From the NCBI RefSeq assembly GCF_030684315.1, contig NC_081361.1, forward strand, positions 14,807,861-14,871,860: a stretch of 64,000 nt of DNA, in the 5' to 3' direction. Below the pieces are notes generated by a model. That model searched no databases. It was not told the DNA's origin and was given only the letters and a program-made list of their open reading frames with translations. A program made the position numbers and the translations under genes. The stretch's first letter is position 1. Each line of letters opens with the position of its first letter. This document shows positions 23,401 through 37,099 of the stretch, piece by piece. This DNA is from Stegostoma tigrinum (Eukaryota).

Positions 23401-23784
23401 AAAATACGCTCATCTCTGATCCGGCTGTTTGCAGACACTGCTTTCTTCTTTGTTTGGCATGAAAATTAGCAGTCCTGCACAAATTATGGAAGTGCCTCCA
23501 GCAGATTTACACTGGAGTACGACCACACATCAAGTGAGACATTGGAAAGTTGTCCTAAAAATTTCTGTTGATAGCTCAGCAAAAATTCGGGTGTCCCATG
23601 AGCTTGGCTGTAACTGCTTCATTTTAGTAGTCCTCAAGTTTCAAACAGGGGTCATCAGCGACTGCTTCAGACTTGGTCACCAACTTAGCCAGTCAGATAC
23701 ATACCTTTGACTAGCCAGAATCAGTGAGATTGTGCATCATCTTGTAGGAAGAAGAGGAGTTGTATATGATTTAAATAGAGAAAA

Positions 23785-23945
23785 GCTTCAGAGGTTGAGG
23801 GGTGACATGATAGGTGATTATAAAATCATCAGAGGCCTGGATAGGGTGAATAGCCAAGGTCTTTTTCCTTGGGTAGGGGAGAACAAAACTAGAGGGCATA
23901 GGCTTAAGGTGAGAGGGCAAGGATTTAAAAGGGACCTGAGGTAGG
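23785..23945 (+). mobile_element. CR1 RT C-terminal fragment
   Basis: RLRGDMIGDYKIIRGLDRVNSQGLFP..TRGHRLKV. Confidence 0.85.
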
Positions 23946-24250
23946 CTCCTTCTACCAATGTCTGGAAACTTACTGAAATTACTACAAAATGGGTGATACG
24001 CACATAAACAGAATAGTGACCGGAATATCAGAGACCCTGTCCCACAAGTCGGACTTTCCCATCGGACTGGGGTCCATGAGATGCAGACATTCCCCATCGG
24101 TCCACATTCATGAGACCGGGGCCAGGGACTTTCCCAATTGGACTGGAGTTCGAGGATTGGTGCCATGGAAACTGTGAGAGAGTTCAGAGTGCTAGCATTA
24201 CCCAGGTGACAGGGAGCGAGACTCCCTCGTTGAGTAGGTCTAATGTAGTA

Positions 24251-25530
24251 GAACACAGAACATAGAACATTACAGCACAGTACAGGCCCTTCGGCCCTCG
24301 ATGTTGTGCCGACCTGCCATACGGATCTCAAGCCCATCTAACCGACACTATTCCATGCACGTCCATATGCTTGTCCAATGACGACTTAAATGTACCTAAA
24401 GTTGGCAAATCTACTATGTTGCAGGCAAAGCGTTCCATTCCCTTACTACTCTCTGAGTAAAGAAACTGCCTCTGACATCTGTCCTATATCTTTCACCCCT
24501 CAATTCAAAGCTATGCCCCCTCGTGCTCGCCGTCACCATCCTAGGAAAAAGGCTCTCCCTATCCACCCTATCTAACCCTCTGATTATTTTATATGTTTCA
24601 ATTAAGTCACCTCTCAACCTTCTTCTCTCTCATGAAAATAGCCTCAAGTCCCTCAGCCTTTCCTCGTAAGACCTTCCCTCCATACCAGGCAACATCCTAG
24701 TTAATCTCCTCTGCACCCTTTCCAAAGCTTCCACATCCTTCTTATAATGCGGTGACCAGAACTGTACACAATACTCCAAGTGCGGCCGCACCAGAGTTTT
24801 GTACAGCTGCAGCATAACCTCATGGTTCTGGAACTCGATCCCTCTATTAATAAAAGCTAAAACACTGTATGCCTTCTTAACAGCCCTGTCAACCTGGGTG
24901 GCAACTTTCAAGGATCTGTGTACATGGACACCGAGATCTCTCTGCTCATCTACACTACCAAGAATCTTACCATTAGCCCTGTACTTTGCATTCCGGTTAC
25001 TCCTACCAGAGTGCATCACCTCACACTTATCAGCATTAAACTCCATTTGCCACCTCTCAGCCCAGCTCTGCAGCTTATCTATGTCTCTCTGTAACCTACA
25101 GCATCCATCGTCGCTATCCACAACTCCACCGACCTTAATGTCGTCTGCAAATTTACTAACCCATCCTTCTACGCCCTCATCCAGGTAATTTATAAAAATG
25201 ACAAACAGCAGTGGACCCAACACCAACCCTTGTGGTACACCATTAGTGACTGGTCTCTAAGATGAACATTTCCCATCAACTACCACCCTCTGTCTTCTTT
25301 CAGCAAGCCAATTTCTGATCCAAACTGCTATATCTCCCACAATTCCATTCCTCCGCATTTTGTACAATAGCCTAATGTGGGGAACCTCATCGAACGTCTT
25401 GCTGAAATCCATATACACCACATCAACTGGTTTACTCTCATCTACCTGTTTGGTCACCTTCTCAAAGAACTCAATAAGGTTTGTGAGGCACGACCTTCCC
25501 TTCACAAAACCGTGCTGACTATCCCTAATC
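24251..25530 (-). mobile_element. CR1 LINE, 5'-truncated, relatively young
   Basis: ORFs 25257-25505, 24630-25226 and 24414-24617: GRSCLTNLIEFF, YMDFSKTFD, KFADD, LEYCVQFWSPHY, RGDLIETYK; gaacacagaacatagaaca tail. Confidence 0.95.
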
Positions 25531-25684
25531 TAGTAGTAGTGTAAGCTAATAGATTTGGTGATTGGTTTACAAATATCTAGAGCAGACTAAGATAATAAAT
25601 TTGCTTTCTATCAAAGCACGTGTCTTCTGTATTCATTTGCAACAGGCTTCAAAGAATGTGTTCGGCACTTTCAGCCTAACAATA

Positions 25685-26035
25685 CAGGAGCTTGACAGAG
25701 TAGATGCAGAGAGATTGGAGCCCCTTTGTGGGAGAGTCTAGAATCAGACAGCATAACTTCAGTGAAAGGTGCCACCCAGTTAAGGCCAAGATGGAGAGGA
25801 GTTCTGCTTCTCAGAAGGTGGTCAATGTATCGACCAGGGTTATAGAGGCTGGGTCATTAAGTGTATTTAAAACTGAGATGGACAGATTTTTATTCAAGAA
25901 TGGGATCAAGGATAATGGGGAAAAGGCAGGAATGTGGTGTAGAGGATTATAAGACCATTCATGATCTTATTGAGTAGTGGGCGAGGCTCAATGGGCTGAA
26001 TGGTCTATTTCTGCTCCTGAGTCTTATGGTTTTCT
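25685..26035 (+). mobile_element. CR1 3' fragment
   Basis: PFVGESRIRQH..SQKVVNV..VFKTEMDRFL and a tail ending gggctgaatggtctatttctgctcct. Confidence 0.75.
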
Positions 26036-26399
26036 GTTAAAACAGAATAATTGGGAGGTCTTGTACAAATAGAATGAATTTTGATGCAGAATACATGGTT
26101 CTGAATTATACATCAGTGACAGACTCAGGAAAAGAAACCCTTCATTATTGACAAAATCAACTAAACTATTCGAAAGGCCATGTGTCAATACCAATTCTGT
26201 CAATGTAACCACATTCCTGTGGAAATCCAGGCTTCTTTCAAGTACAGTTCTTTCTCGTGAGCAAGGTGTGGAGGGAATGAAATGAAATAAGCTGTTCAGA
26301 CAAATAAGGCTTTATTAATTTGTCTAATGCAGCAGAAGGCAGGCAGCTGGGCATGTGACAAATACAGGCTGATGGTCTGGGATATTCCACACTCCAACA

Positions 26400-27870
26400 T
26401 AACCATCAAGCCATGACACTAACCCTGCTTCAATGGAAAGTGCAGAACGGCATGCTAAGGAATGCATCAGACATGCCGAAAGGATCAAGCTGTCAACCTG
26501 AGGAAGGTACAGTACAGGACTCCTTCAGCGCCAAACAGGCAAAGCAACATGTTAGAGGTTTGCACAATCAGCTGATCAGATCAGAACTCTGCAACCCTGC
26601 CACATTCAGCCATGAATGAACGGAAGGAGAAGCCTCCAGTACAACTACAACACGGTACATCCAATCTAGATAAGGAAGGAAACGTCCAATCTGGCCACTT
26701 ACTGCTCCATCAGCCTTTTCTGAATATTTAGCACAGTGTTGGACTGTATAATCAACATTGCTTTCAAGCAAGACATACATGTTAACAACTTGCTCACTAG
26801 TGCTCTGTTTAAATTCAGCCAGGGCCTCTCAACATCTGACCTTATTCTCATCAAAGAGCTGAACTCAAGACAGAAGACAAGACTGACCACTTTTGACACC
26901 ATAACAAATTTTGATCAAGCATAGCATCCAGTAGTTAAACATTCAGACCACACTGATGTCAGGCAGTGACTATCTCCAAGGTGAGAAGATTATGCAATTT
27001 CCCCTGCTGTCATTCAAGGACATTATCATTGGAGCAACTCACCCTCACAATATGCTGGGGCATGACATTGACCAGAAATGGATATGAATCAGTGGTATAA
27101 ATACAGTGACAATGACAGCCAAGCCTCCTGACTACCTAAAGTCTCTTCATCTTCTACAAATCACAAGTCAAGTTGTGGTGGAGTATTCCTCACTTGCCTG
27201 GATAAGCGTGACTTCAACAACACTCATGAAGCTTGACAGTATCCAGGACAAAGAAATCTGCTGATTGACATGCCATTCACCAACATAACAGAGCAAGTGA
27301 ATGTTCATCAGCAGAAAGTCATAATCGAGTGCACCATCTATGAGATTGACCAAAACTTCTTTTTCAGCACCTTCTGAACTTGCAATCTCTACCACCTAGA
27401 AGGACAAGGGGAATGACAAGGGGAACAAGCCCCCCACCCCCACTCTCCCTTCTGACTGGGAACTATATTGACGTTCCTTCACTGTCACACAATCAAATTA
27501 TTGGAACTCCTTTCCCAGCAGTCCTCTGGGTTTTCCTGCCACAGATGATTGCAGCATGTAGAGGAAAGGGTTAACTGTACCAAAATTCTAACAATGGTCA
27601 CTGATCAGCTATGTATGGAGCTACATATGATGACATCACATAACATAAGCCTGAGGATGGATGGAGGGAGGCCCTATTGAAGCCCTGCACTTCCAAATAC
27701 ATAGTTAATAAATGTTAATAGTTTTTATTTGCATTGTATTCAGTCCGCTCTACCCAAGCTTCTAGAAGCTGCTATTTACATACAACAGTTCAAGAAGGCA
27801 GGTCACCACAACCTTCTCAAGGACTATTAGCGTTTACCAACAAACGTTGGCCTTGCTGACTACTCATTTA
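26400..27870 (+). mobile_element. Degenerate non-LTR LINE (CR1/L2-group, subclade uncertain)
   Basis: Patchy RT similarity (FSQGLSTSDLI; YKSQV..VEYSSLAW..TTLMKLDSIQDK) and tail ttcaagaaggcaggtcaccacaaccttctcaagg. Confidence 0.6.
27557..27787 (+). mobile_element. Probable solo LTR inserted in a LINE tail
   Basis: Interrupts the LINE motif tgcagca|gttcaagaaggcag; starts TGTAGAGGAAAGGGTTAA, contains AATAAA, ends ...TACA/ACA. Confidence 0.55.
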
Positions 27871-27879
27871 TATATATGT

Positions 27880-27880
<1 letters not shown>

Positions 27881-27933
<53 letters not shown>

Positions 27934-27936
27934 ACA
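27881..27936. repeat. (CA)n microsatellite
   Basis: 24 perfect CA units plus a short imperfect extension. Confidence 0.97.
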
Positions 27937-28229
27937 GGTCTTGTAAATCAAATGCTGAGTGCTCCGACTTGTTAAACTGTCAATCTAAATGCAACGCTCC
28001 TTGAAGAGAATAACTCTTAAGCAACTGTGTATTCGACAGAACAGTACCTGTGCTCCTCTACATAATGGTTGATATAATGCACCAATACTTCAAAGAGTAG
28101 TCACACAGACTACAAGATACTCTGCATTAAGACCTGTTCAAGACACATTGCTTCTAAGTAAAACCTTTAGCTCCAGAAGTCTGTGAGATGAATAAAACCA
28201 GTCCTTGGTTAGATCAGAGACTATTTTTC

Positions 28230-29470
28230 ACTTGTTCATGGAATGTGAGGCATCACTGGCTAGACCATCATTCTGATTGCCCTTGAAGAAGTCATTGTAA
28301 GCTGCCTACTTGAACTGCTACTGTCTTTGAGGTGTAAGAACGTTCACAGTGACCTTAGGAGGGGAGTTCCCAGGATTTTGAATCAATGCCTCTGTAGAAT
28401 GACAACATATTTCAAGTCAGAATGGTAACTGGCTTGAAAAGGAAACTTGCAAGTGGTGGTGCTTCCATTCACCTGCTGCCCTTGTCCTATAAGGAGGCAT
28501 CAGTCATGTGTTTGGAAGGTGCTATTGGCAAAGCCTCAGTGAGTTGTTGCAGTGGATCTCATGGATGACACACCACTGACAGTGTGTATGTTGGTGGTGA
28601 AGGAGTGAATGGTAAAAGTGATGGATAAACTGCCAAACAAATGCGCTGCTTTGTCCTCGAGTGTTGTTCGAGCTGCACTCACCCAGGCAAGTAGGAAGCA
28701 ATTGATCATAATCATGACTTGTGCCTTGTTGATGATGCACAGACATCAGAGATTGGGTGAGTTACTCCCAACAGAATTTCTAGCCCCTGGTCTCATCTGG
28801 TGGTCTCAATATTTATGTGGCTGATCTAGTTTTGCTTTCTTAATCAATGGTAAATCCCAGAATGTTGATCAAGGCAGGTTCAGCAATTATTGAGCATTGA
28901 GCATCAAAGATCAATGGTTAAATTCTCTCTTGTTCAAGATGGTCATTGCTGAGCATTTGATTGGTTTGAATTTATTTGTCACTTATCAATTCAAGCTTGA
29001 ATGGTGCCTGGGTCTTTATGTATTTGGACACAGGCTTTTTCATTATTTGAGGAATCATAAATGGTGCTGGACATTGTTCAATCATCAGTGAACATTCCCA
29101 CATTGACTTTACAGTGGAGGAAAGGTGAAGATGAAACAGCTGAAGATGGTTGAGTCGACATTGAACCATCTTGGTTCCATGGTGTGTGATTTGGAGGGGA
29201 TTTGCAAATGGTGGAGTCCCCCTGAATCTTCTGCCATTGTCCTTCAAATTGTTAGAGGTCACATGCTGTGAAGGTGTCGTCAACTGAGGTCTTGGAGGAT
29301 GGTACACGCAGCTGCTGCTGTGTATCGCAAGATGGGCGGAGTGAACATTGAAGGTGTTCAATGGGGCATCAATCAAGTGGACTGGCTTTGTCCATTGTTG
29401 GAGCTGCACTCGTCCAGGCAGGTAGAGAATATTCCATCACATTCCTGACTTGTGCCTTGCGGATGGCGAG
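28230..29470 (-). mobile_element. Degenerate LINE copies (family of 26400/63378)
   Basis: Tail gtgaggcatcactggctag at 28245; two partial body copies (HKSGM*WNILYLPGR-type and aagatgaaacagctgaagatggttg segments). Confidence 0.65.
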
Positions 29471-31659
29471 TGCTTCCCCAATGCTAAAGATGGTCCTCCT
29501 CATCTCACCTTTGGAATTCAGCACTTTTTTCATATTTGCAGGAGATCAGGAGTTGAGAGGCCTTGACAGGAGTCAAGCTACGTATCAGGGAGCAATTTAT
29601 TCTTCTGCATGCGTCACTTGGTAGCACGATCAACTATCCTTTCAAACACCTTGCCTAAGGTCAAGCACTCTCCGGACATTAATTGCCCAGGTTTGAATGC
29701 CAAATTGCAAAGTTCCAAACCTGCTGTCAGATCCTTCCACATCTTGGCCTGCTCGTCTCTCAGTAACCTTTTCCAACCCAATGACCAGCATTCTTCTCCT
29801 CCTTTTGTTGTGAACATTAATATTCTAATTACTCTTGCAGTAGCAGCCATATCTTCAAGTGTCAAGGTTTGCAGCATTAGAATTCCCTCACAAAACCTTT
29901 CTATTTATCTCTGTCCCTTTTAAGTTTTCCTTTGAGGGATACTGTACAAATTCTGCATATAAATGTCAACAGTCCTGCCCAGAATGCTAAAAACAGCTGT
30001 CATGTCAATCAGTGGGTGCCTGCAGACCAAAATGTTCGATAAAGTAGTTTTTTTTTTACATTCCAATCAAATGACACTGCTCTTGAATCCTGTATGTGGG
30101 AGATCCAAGGTGAGTAAGAATCTAAATGACCTTTATAGCCAACTATCTTCTTATTCATATCCATTGGAATGCTTGTTTATCTTGGATTTGGAGCGCATAA
30201 GACATACTGATTGACATTGTCAGTGACTCCTAGTCTGGGCATTCTGGTTGATTTGTCAAGTTGATTGTTGAGATATTACCAATGGCTTCCTAGCTCTGTT
30301 TTTCAACTCATCAATAAGATGAGCTGATAGACATGAGTAGATTCTTGCCTGCACTTCAGGGCCCATCAATAAGAAACTGCTGACAGACATGACAGTGGCT
30401 GCTATTTTGAGCTTAAGTGCCCATCAATAGATTGACTGACATATGGTACATATCGCCTCAAGGCTTAACTGAAGACCCAGCATATCCATGGAATCCTTGC
30501 CAAAGATTGTTATTTAACACTTTTGGGTCAAGTATCGAAATCGGCCAATAGATCCTGTGAATGACTGCTAATCCGTGCCACATGGTGCATCACTGAAGTG
30601 CAACAAGGAAGTACAGGGGGATTGGACTAGCTTTGAGTTCCTCTGGGAAATCATACATGTGATTGGCCAAATGGATCCCGTCAATTCTGTAAAGTCCCAT
30701 AACCAGCACCTGACTGGGGCAAGTCACTGATAAGTCATTACAGACATTTGATAAAAGGTTTAGTGGCTTGAAAATAAACACTTGGCTTCAATCATTGATA
30801 TACACCAATCATTTCTAATCACTGCCAGAAATTTAATCAGTCACATTTGACAACTGGCTAAAATATTCAACAGCACAGTGCTATGCCAAGTCACCTGCCC
30901 TATAGCCGATGAAGGCTAGAAATATGAAATGATAGAAGTGCTCAGTATCTCTGGAGACGAAACCAACTTAATATTTAAGGTTGGTGGCATTTCATGCCAA
31001 CTCTTTGAAGATGATGCTTTACCTGTGGAATACTTCCATCATTTCATTTTGCTATTTCAGATTTTTAACCTTTGAAGAGTATTAGCACACGAGAAGTGAG
31101 GCACCCCCAATTTTGTTGTGCTGACAATATCCTTTCGATGGAGGGGTGCTTAGCAAAAATGGTAGCAATGCAGGTCAAACAAACGTATCTGAGCTTTTCT
31201 GGTTGGATTTAGTCAATGCCATATTGCACTTATATTATAAATGCTACCAGCCACTTGTTCACCCAAATCCAGGTCTAGCAGAAAGCTATCAGACGATATT
31301 CATGCAAATATCTCTACCACAAGGCAGTTGTATTGGCCTGAAACTGTGACCTTTATAGTCTTCAATTATAATACCAACATTACCCATCACTCCAGTGGTC
31401 CTTTGATCCCACAATATCCTTGATCTCACAAAACCAAGTTAGGTATGACATGAATAGACACAAAGAAGGTACCACATGCTTTTCCCCGAGCAGGGATAGC
31501 TCAACACCAAACCTTCCAAATGAACCAATGTCATTTTTACCCTTTCACTGAGCAATGTTTTTGTGATTCACCGAGTGAAAATTAGTTTGGCAATTTGGTA
31601 TCCAAGAGTTCAGGGTTCCTGCCAGTTTGGTGCTGTGAGTTAGCTTGTTTGTATTGTTA

Positions 31660-31892
31660 GAGACAAAAAAAACTGCAGATGCTGGAATCCAAGGTAGACA
31701 AACAGGAGTCTGGAAAAAAAACACAGCAAGCCAGGAAGCATCGGGAGGAAAGGATGAGTCAACATTTTGGGTATTAGCCTTCTTCAGGACTGAAGACGGT
31801 CATAAGGAAGGATAATACCTGAAATACTGACTGCTCCTTTCCTCCAGAGGATGCCTGGCTTGCTGTGTTCTTCCAGCCTCCAGTTTATCTAC
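31660..31892. mobile_element. PLE-derived hairpin element
   Basis: aactgcagatgctggaatcc end; inverted acacagcaagccagg / cctggcttgctgtgt arms; decayed hammerhead-like cores. Confidence 0.7.
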
Positions 31893-32349
31893 CAATTTAT
31901 GTTGTGCCTTTACTGAAATAGGCCCTTCACAGGAATGTTATAAATTAAAGATTGGCATTAAATCACCTAAAAGGAGGTATAAGACCAGAACACCAAAAAA
32001 CCTTAATGTAATCTGCAGGATTTGAGGAGTATCTTAAAGATGTAAAGAGTGTGTGTAGGGAAGGAAAGGCAGGTGCGAGGGATTACATTTCCCAATGTTA
32101 ACTACTGCATAGAACCACTTCATATCAGTGTCTGTGTTTTCCTAATTTACACTTCAGGTAAACAGGACTAGGAGCATGCATTTATAAGATTTCCTCATTT
32201 CTCAAATCAGGAGCAGTGATAAAGATTTGCGAAATATTAACTCATCAAGTAAAGATTTTGCACATATACTTTGTATATGTATCTTTTTGTTCCCTCCAGT
32301 GTTCTCCCATCCTGATTTAATAAACTTTCAATAATCATTCCATTAAGAC

Positions 32350-33300
32350 AATGGAATAGAACATGGGAAATTGTAAGGCCGTGCATTTTGGAAGTTGGAA
32401 GAGAAGAGATAGGTATTATTTAAATTGGGAAATGCTGCAGAAAGTGAAGCACTGATAGATTTGCGATTTTTGGTGCATTAATTAAAAAAAGCTAGCACAG
32501 TTAAAATATCGAATTGAGGGCACAGAAAATCTGAAACAGACAGAAATTGCCAAGTATGCTCAGCAGGGTCTGGCAACATTTCTGGAGAGAGGAAGAAAGT
32601 TATTATTGAGTTCTGTGATCCTTCTTCAGAACGGCACAAAAATGGCCAGATCTCCTAAGTTTCTTCAGCAAGTTCTATACTTAGCAGCATTCAAATTTGG
32701 CAAGGTAATTGGGAAGGAAAATGGACTGTTGGCCTTTATTTCAAAGGGAATAGAGTTTAAAAATGCCATAGTCTTGCTACAATTATACAAGGCATGAGTC
32801 AGACCACAGTCGGCATACTGTGAACAGTTTTTGTTCTCTTATCCAGGCAAAAATATATTGGTATTGGAAAGTATTCAGAAAGGTTCACTAGGTTGATCCT
32901 GGTTATCAATGAATTATCTTACAAGGAAAGATTGAGTAGATTAAGCCTATACTCATTGAAGTTGAGAAGAATGAAAGGTGACCTTAATAAAATGCACTAG
33001 AATTTTAGGGGGTATAACAGGTCAGAAATTCTTCCCTTGTGGGAGGCTCGAGGACCAGAAGGTATGATCTCAGAGTAAATCCACTTAAGACAGAAATGAG
33101 TAGTCGTCAGTCTTGAAATTCTTCACCATGGAGGGCTGTCAGGGATGAGTTAATAGTTTAGCCTGAGACAGATAGATTTAATTAGTAAGGGGATCAAGGG
33201 TGATGACGATAAGGCAAGGAAGTGAAGTTGAGGATTATCAAAGCAGTCACTTTCTTATTGAAAGGACTTGATGGGTTGAATGGCCAATTTTATTTCTATG
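32350..33300 (+). mobile_element. Old CR1 fragment with PLE insertion (~32520-32670)
   Basis: NGLLAFISKGIEFKN..LLQLYKA; RRMKGDL; CR1 tail near 33270. Confidence 0.75.
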
Positions 33301-33796
33301 TCTCATCATTTAATGGTCTTACATTCATCACAGCGTAGTTACGGAGATTCACTCTGCAGTATTCTGTCTGACATTGTGTAACATTTGTCCTGAATGTGTG
33401 GTTCTTGTCTGGCCTTATGTCTTCAATACCCAATTTGCCACCATCTGCAGTCAGTGTTTGATGATATAAACTTTGGACAACACACTGTTCCTTCACAGGA
33501 CTCGACCATTGCTCATCGTAAACTTACATGATGAGGGTTAAACAGAATGATACAGCACCTTTCCACACTTCGTGTCCTTATAGCAGTTTAAAACAAATGT
33601 TTTGTCCCTGCTCAATTTGGGATAACTGCCTGCCTGTTTAATAAAAATCATCTACCTTTTTGACCCTTCTTTCCAAAAACAAGTTGTGCATGCATGAATA
33701 CATTGTGAGAGTGTGCAAGGGAAGAACTGTGCAGCTATGTTCCAATCCTGGGAAATGTAGGTGAGGTAGGCCACTCCCTTCAGTAGCAGCACATAG

Positions 33797-34100
33797 GGCA
33801 GCACAGTGGCTCAGAGGTTAGCACCGCTGCTTCATGGCATTGGTGACTTGGGTTCAATTCTCCTCTCAGGTGACTGTCTATGTGGAGTTTGCATATTCTC
33901 CCTGTGTCTGTGTGGGCTTCCTCCAAGTGCTTTGGTTTTGTCCCACAGTCCAAAAATGTACAGGTTAGGTGGATTAACCATGGGAAATGCAGGGTTACAG
34001 GGATAGGGGTATGGGTCTCAGAGGGGTAGTCTTTGGCGGGCTGGTGTAGACTCGATGGGCTGAATGGCCCACTTTCACACTGCAGGGCTTCTACGATTCA
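33797..34100 (+). mobile_element. HE1/V-SINE
   Basis: ggcagcacagtggctcagaggttagca (A box), gggttcaattc (B box), V-domain tgtggagtttgcatattctccctgtgtctgtgtggg, CR1-like tail gatgggctgaatggcc. Confidence 0.85.
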
Positions 34101-37099
34101 GGATAGCTACGCAAAGGTTTTAGCAGGTCTCTTTATACTTGATTCTGTGGATTTTATTGTACAAACAGTGTGATCTGTGAACCCATTCAACTAAGAGTAG
34201 ACAGGAGTAGAGATAACACAGTGGACACGACATTTCCTCGGCATATTTTAAAAGGGTGCACTGTGTACTGAGGGTCAATGTCAGAAGCAGTTTGTTAAGG
34301 AACATCGAATGTAATCAATAATGCAGACAATGTGTTGACAAACTGTGCGCTTGTGGCAATTTTGACTTGTTGCACAAAGGTAATTATTGAAGTGATTCTT
34401 CTCCAAGGTAATCACATCCTCGGATAAGCAAAGAATCTCTGGCACTCTTGTACCCTGACTTGTGTAGAATGAGAGAATCAATCAATTGTTGAAATTGATA
34501 GAGTTGACATGCTTCACACAGCATAAGCAGTTGATCAATGCTCTCATTGATGCTGGGCCAATATTCGGATTTAAATGTCCATCTCTTATTCCTTTCTCGG
34601 TGTATGTGGGCTTTTTTGTGTATGATGTAAGATGTCTTGTCATCAAACTGTAAATTATCACTTCTTTGTCTTTGTGGCCCAATAGCCTCTACAGTCCAAA
34701 ATATTCCATGCGAAGGTTCTTATTACAGCCTGTACTCCATGACAAAAGGTCCTCCTAGGTTTGAGGAAAGAGTATAAGGTATAATCATCAAAACTGTTTA
34801 CTTACATTGTTCAAGCAATCTATCTGCACTTACATCTGTAATGCCTTGGCCTTGATTTACACTTGTTGGAAAGTGATCTTTAAAAATTAAAAATGTCTTC
34901 ATGTGGACTGAAGTATACTGAACCAATGTACTGCCAAAATCTCAATGCTCACAAAAATTTCATTTCCATCTAATTCCTCCACCCCAAAACCAACATTATG
35001 CATTTGGAATGGCCAGTTAAATCAATATTTATGTTTGGGCATAGAATTGAAAGTGGGAGAGGAAATCCTGAGACAAGGGGCTTGAAGGATGATGTTTCAG
35101 GTGGAAGACAGCAGGGCGATACATCCCCTCTCTTGGATTTAGACAGATTTCTTTGTTCTGCCTCAGGCAAATGAGTTCCAGGGGAAACTAGGTGCTGATC
35201 TTAATCACAACTGAAATCAGCATAAATATGGGATCATTTTGATGGAAGTGAGATCAAGGAGCATAAGGTCAATGTTAAACCATGTTAACAACTGCAGTGT
35301 TAGCTGGTATTCTGAAGTAAAACTGCATAACAAGAAGAGAGACATGTGTCCTTCTCTGTGATTAACATGCCAACGTTGAACTTGTAAGTAGAGGTAGTAT
35401 TACAAATGGGACTTGTTTCCACTGCAGCTACTTGACCTCCTAGATGGGAGAAACCTTCCAACTGTAGGGAAGTCTAAACCTGATTTACACCAAGAGGAAA
35501 ATTCATCTTTGAAAGAACACTGGCCAGATCATATCATCCAAATTGGTCTACAGAATATCTTCTGCAAACAACCTGCCAAAATTCTCTCTCATCATTTCTG
35601 TGATGTCAAATCTTCTATTATAGTGTTTTATCTGCTTCTTTGGGCCAAGGGCTAAAAATTGAGCATAAGGAGTACACTCCCTGTGGCAGAGCCTATCCTG
35701 TTTCCCCCCATCTTTGCGTTAGTTGGAAGAAAAATTAAGTGGGATCATTTACAGGCATGCCATTCTACCTGGTCAATTTCCCCTTCCATTTGAGCCCAGG
35801 CATTAAGTCATGCCAAGAAGACTGCAAGTCCTTAGCCAAGGAAGGGAAATGAGCTCATGTTCCTTTTCATTGATGCTTCCCAGGCTGATTGTGGTTACTG
35901 GGGCGTCAAGTATGCAGTACCCTTTTTCAATTTCTACAATTGACTAATTCTTCGATTCCTACCAAGTGCAAGGTTGCCCTTTTTTTCTGGCATTGAGGGA
36001 CATTAACTGTTTGTGAAACAGTTTCAACCAGAAAGGAAACAATCAGACAGGAAATTATAATACATCAGTTGTAAGTGCAGCATAGGGACAAGCTCACATT
36101 AATGCATCCAATTTTCCAGTTCACTGAAGCCAGTCATAGAGTGAGCAGAGGGAAAGTACAAGAAAATAGAAGAGACTTTGCTTTTGCTGTTGTTGTAATT
36201 ACTGATTTTCCCACCATATCAGTCTTGTTTTTAATGTTTAGAAATATTCATTAGAGATTTTAAAAGTCGTGCTAAATAGCTTCATGACAAGTGGCCTGCC
36301 TGCTATATCAGACAATTCAGCCAGGACTTATTTAATAATGAAATGATGATTCATTATCATGGTGTCTTCAGTCTCAGAAGGGAAAGCAAATGCCTGAATT
36401 ATTGCAGACATCAGTAAAGCGGAAGGTATTTATGATAAGATCCATTGAGTATCGTGCTAACAAAGCAGGTGAACAAAAGGCAAGAAGTTGTTCTTGCTGT
36501 TTCATGCTGATGATTCTGTGCTGAGTTGCTCCAGATCTAATTTGGCTGTTGACAAGGGCTAAATGAAAAATGTCACATGCTCTGCTTTGGTGCTTCAGTC
36601 ATTCATTTAGAAGCACAATCATACAGCCCAGCACAGTGTTTTATTGAAGTGACAGGCTGCATTTAAGTTGATTATTTCATCCTATGGCTTGGCATCACTG
36701 CCCTTTGCAGAAAGTCAGTGACTTGCAATAGCCTTGCAAACGGTCTGGTACCTTAGGTAAGTGTTTATTTTCTATTTAACAGTCCAGATAATGACATTTC
36801 CTGAGTCTGTTCAATTTGTTGACTGGCATTAAACCTTTCTCCATCCATTCTGGCATCCATTGGATTCAGGATGAACTGATGCTTTTGTCTTCCATAACCC
36901 TCTGAACCACTGTATCTGCAATCCAACTAATGTTAGTGAGCAGGGATCTGACCAATAATCTTTCTGCTTTTTTGGAGAGAATACAAGTTCCTTACCCCCC
37001 GCCCCGCGCCCCCCACCCCAATCGATCCTGTTTGAGCCCTTTCAATTTGATAACCTTTCAAAACCCAAGCGCTAAACTGCTGTCAAGTGATAACATACA

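Noticed and set aside
30308-30480. Repeat-spacer-like pattern as a CRISPR array
   Set aside because: Only three highly degenerate repeats in eukaryotic DNA.
33797-33870. tRNA gene
   Set aside because: A/B boxes belong to a SINE head continuing into the V-domain; no cloverleaf.
34200-34740. Possible ancient LINE RT C-terminus on minus
   Set aside because: Similarity too faint to support.
36342-36397. ATGATGA...CTGA as a C/D-box snoRNA
   Set aside because: Antisense to the host gene, short, with no convincing terminal stem.
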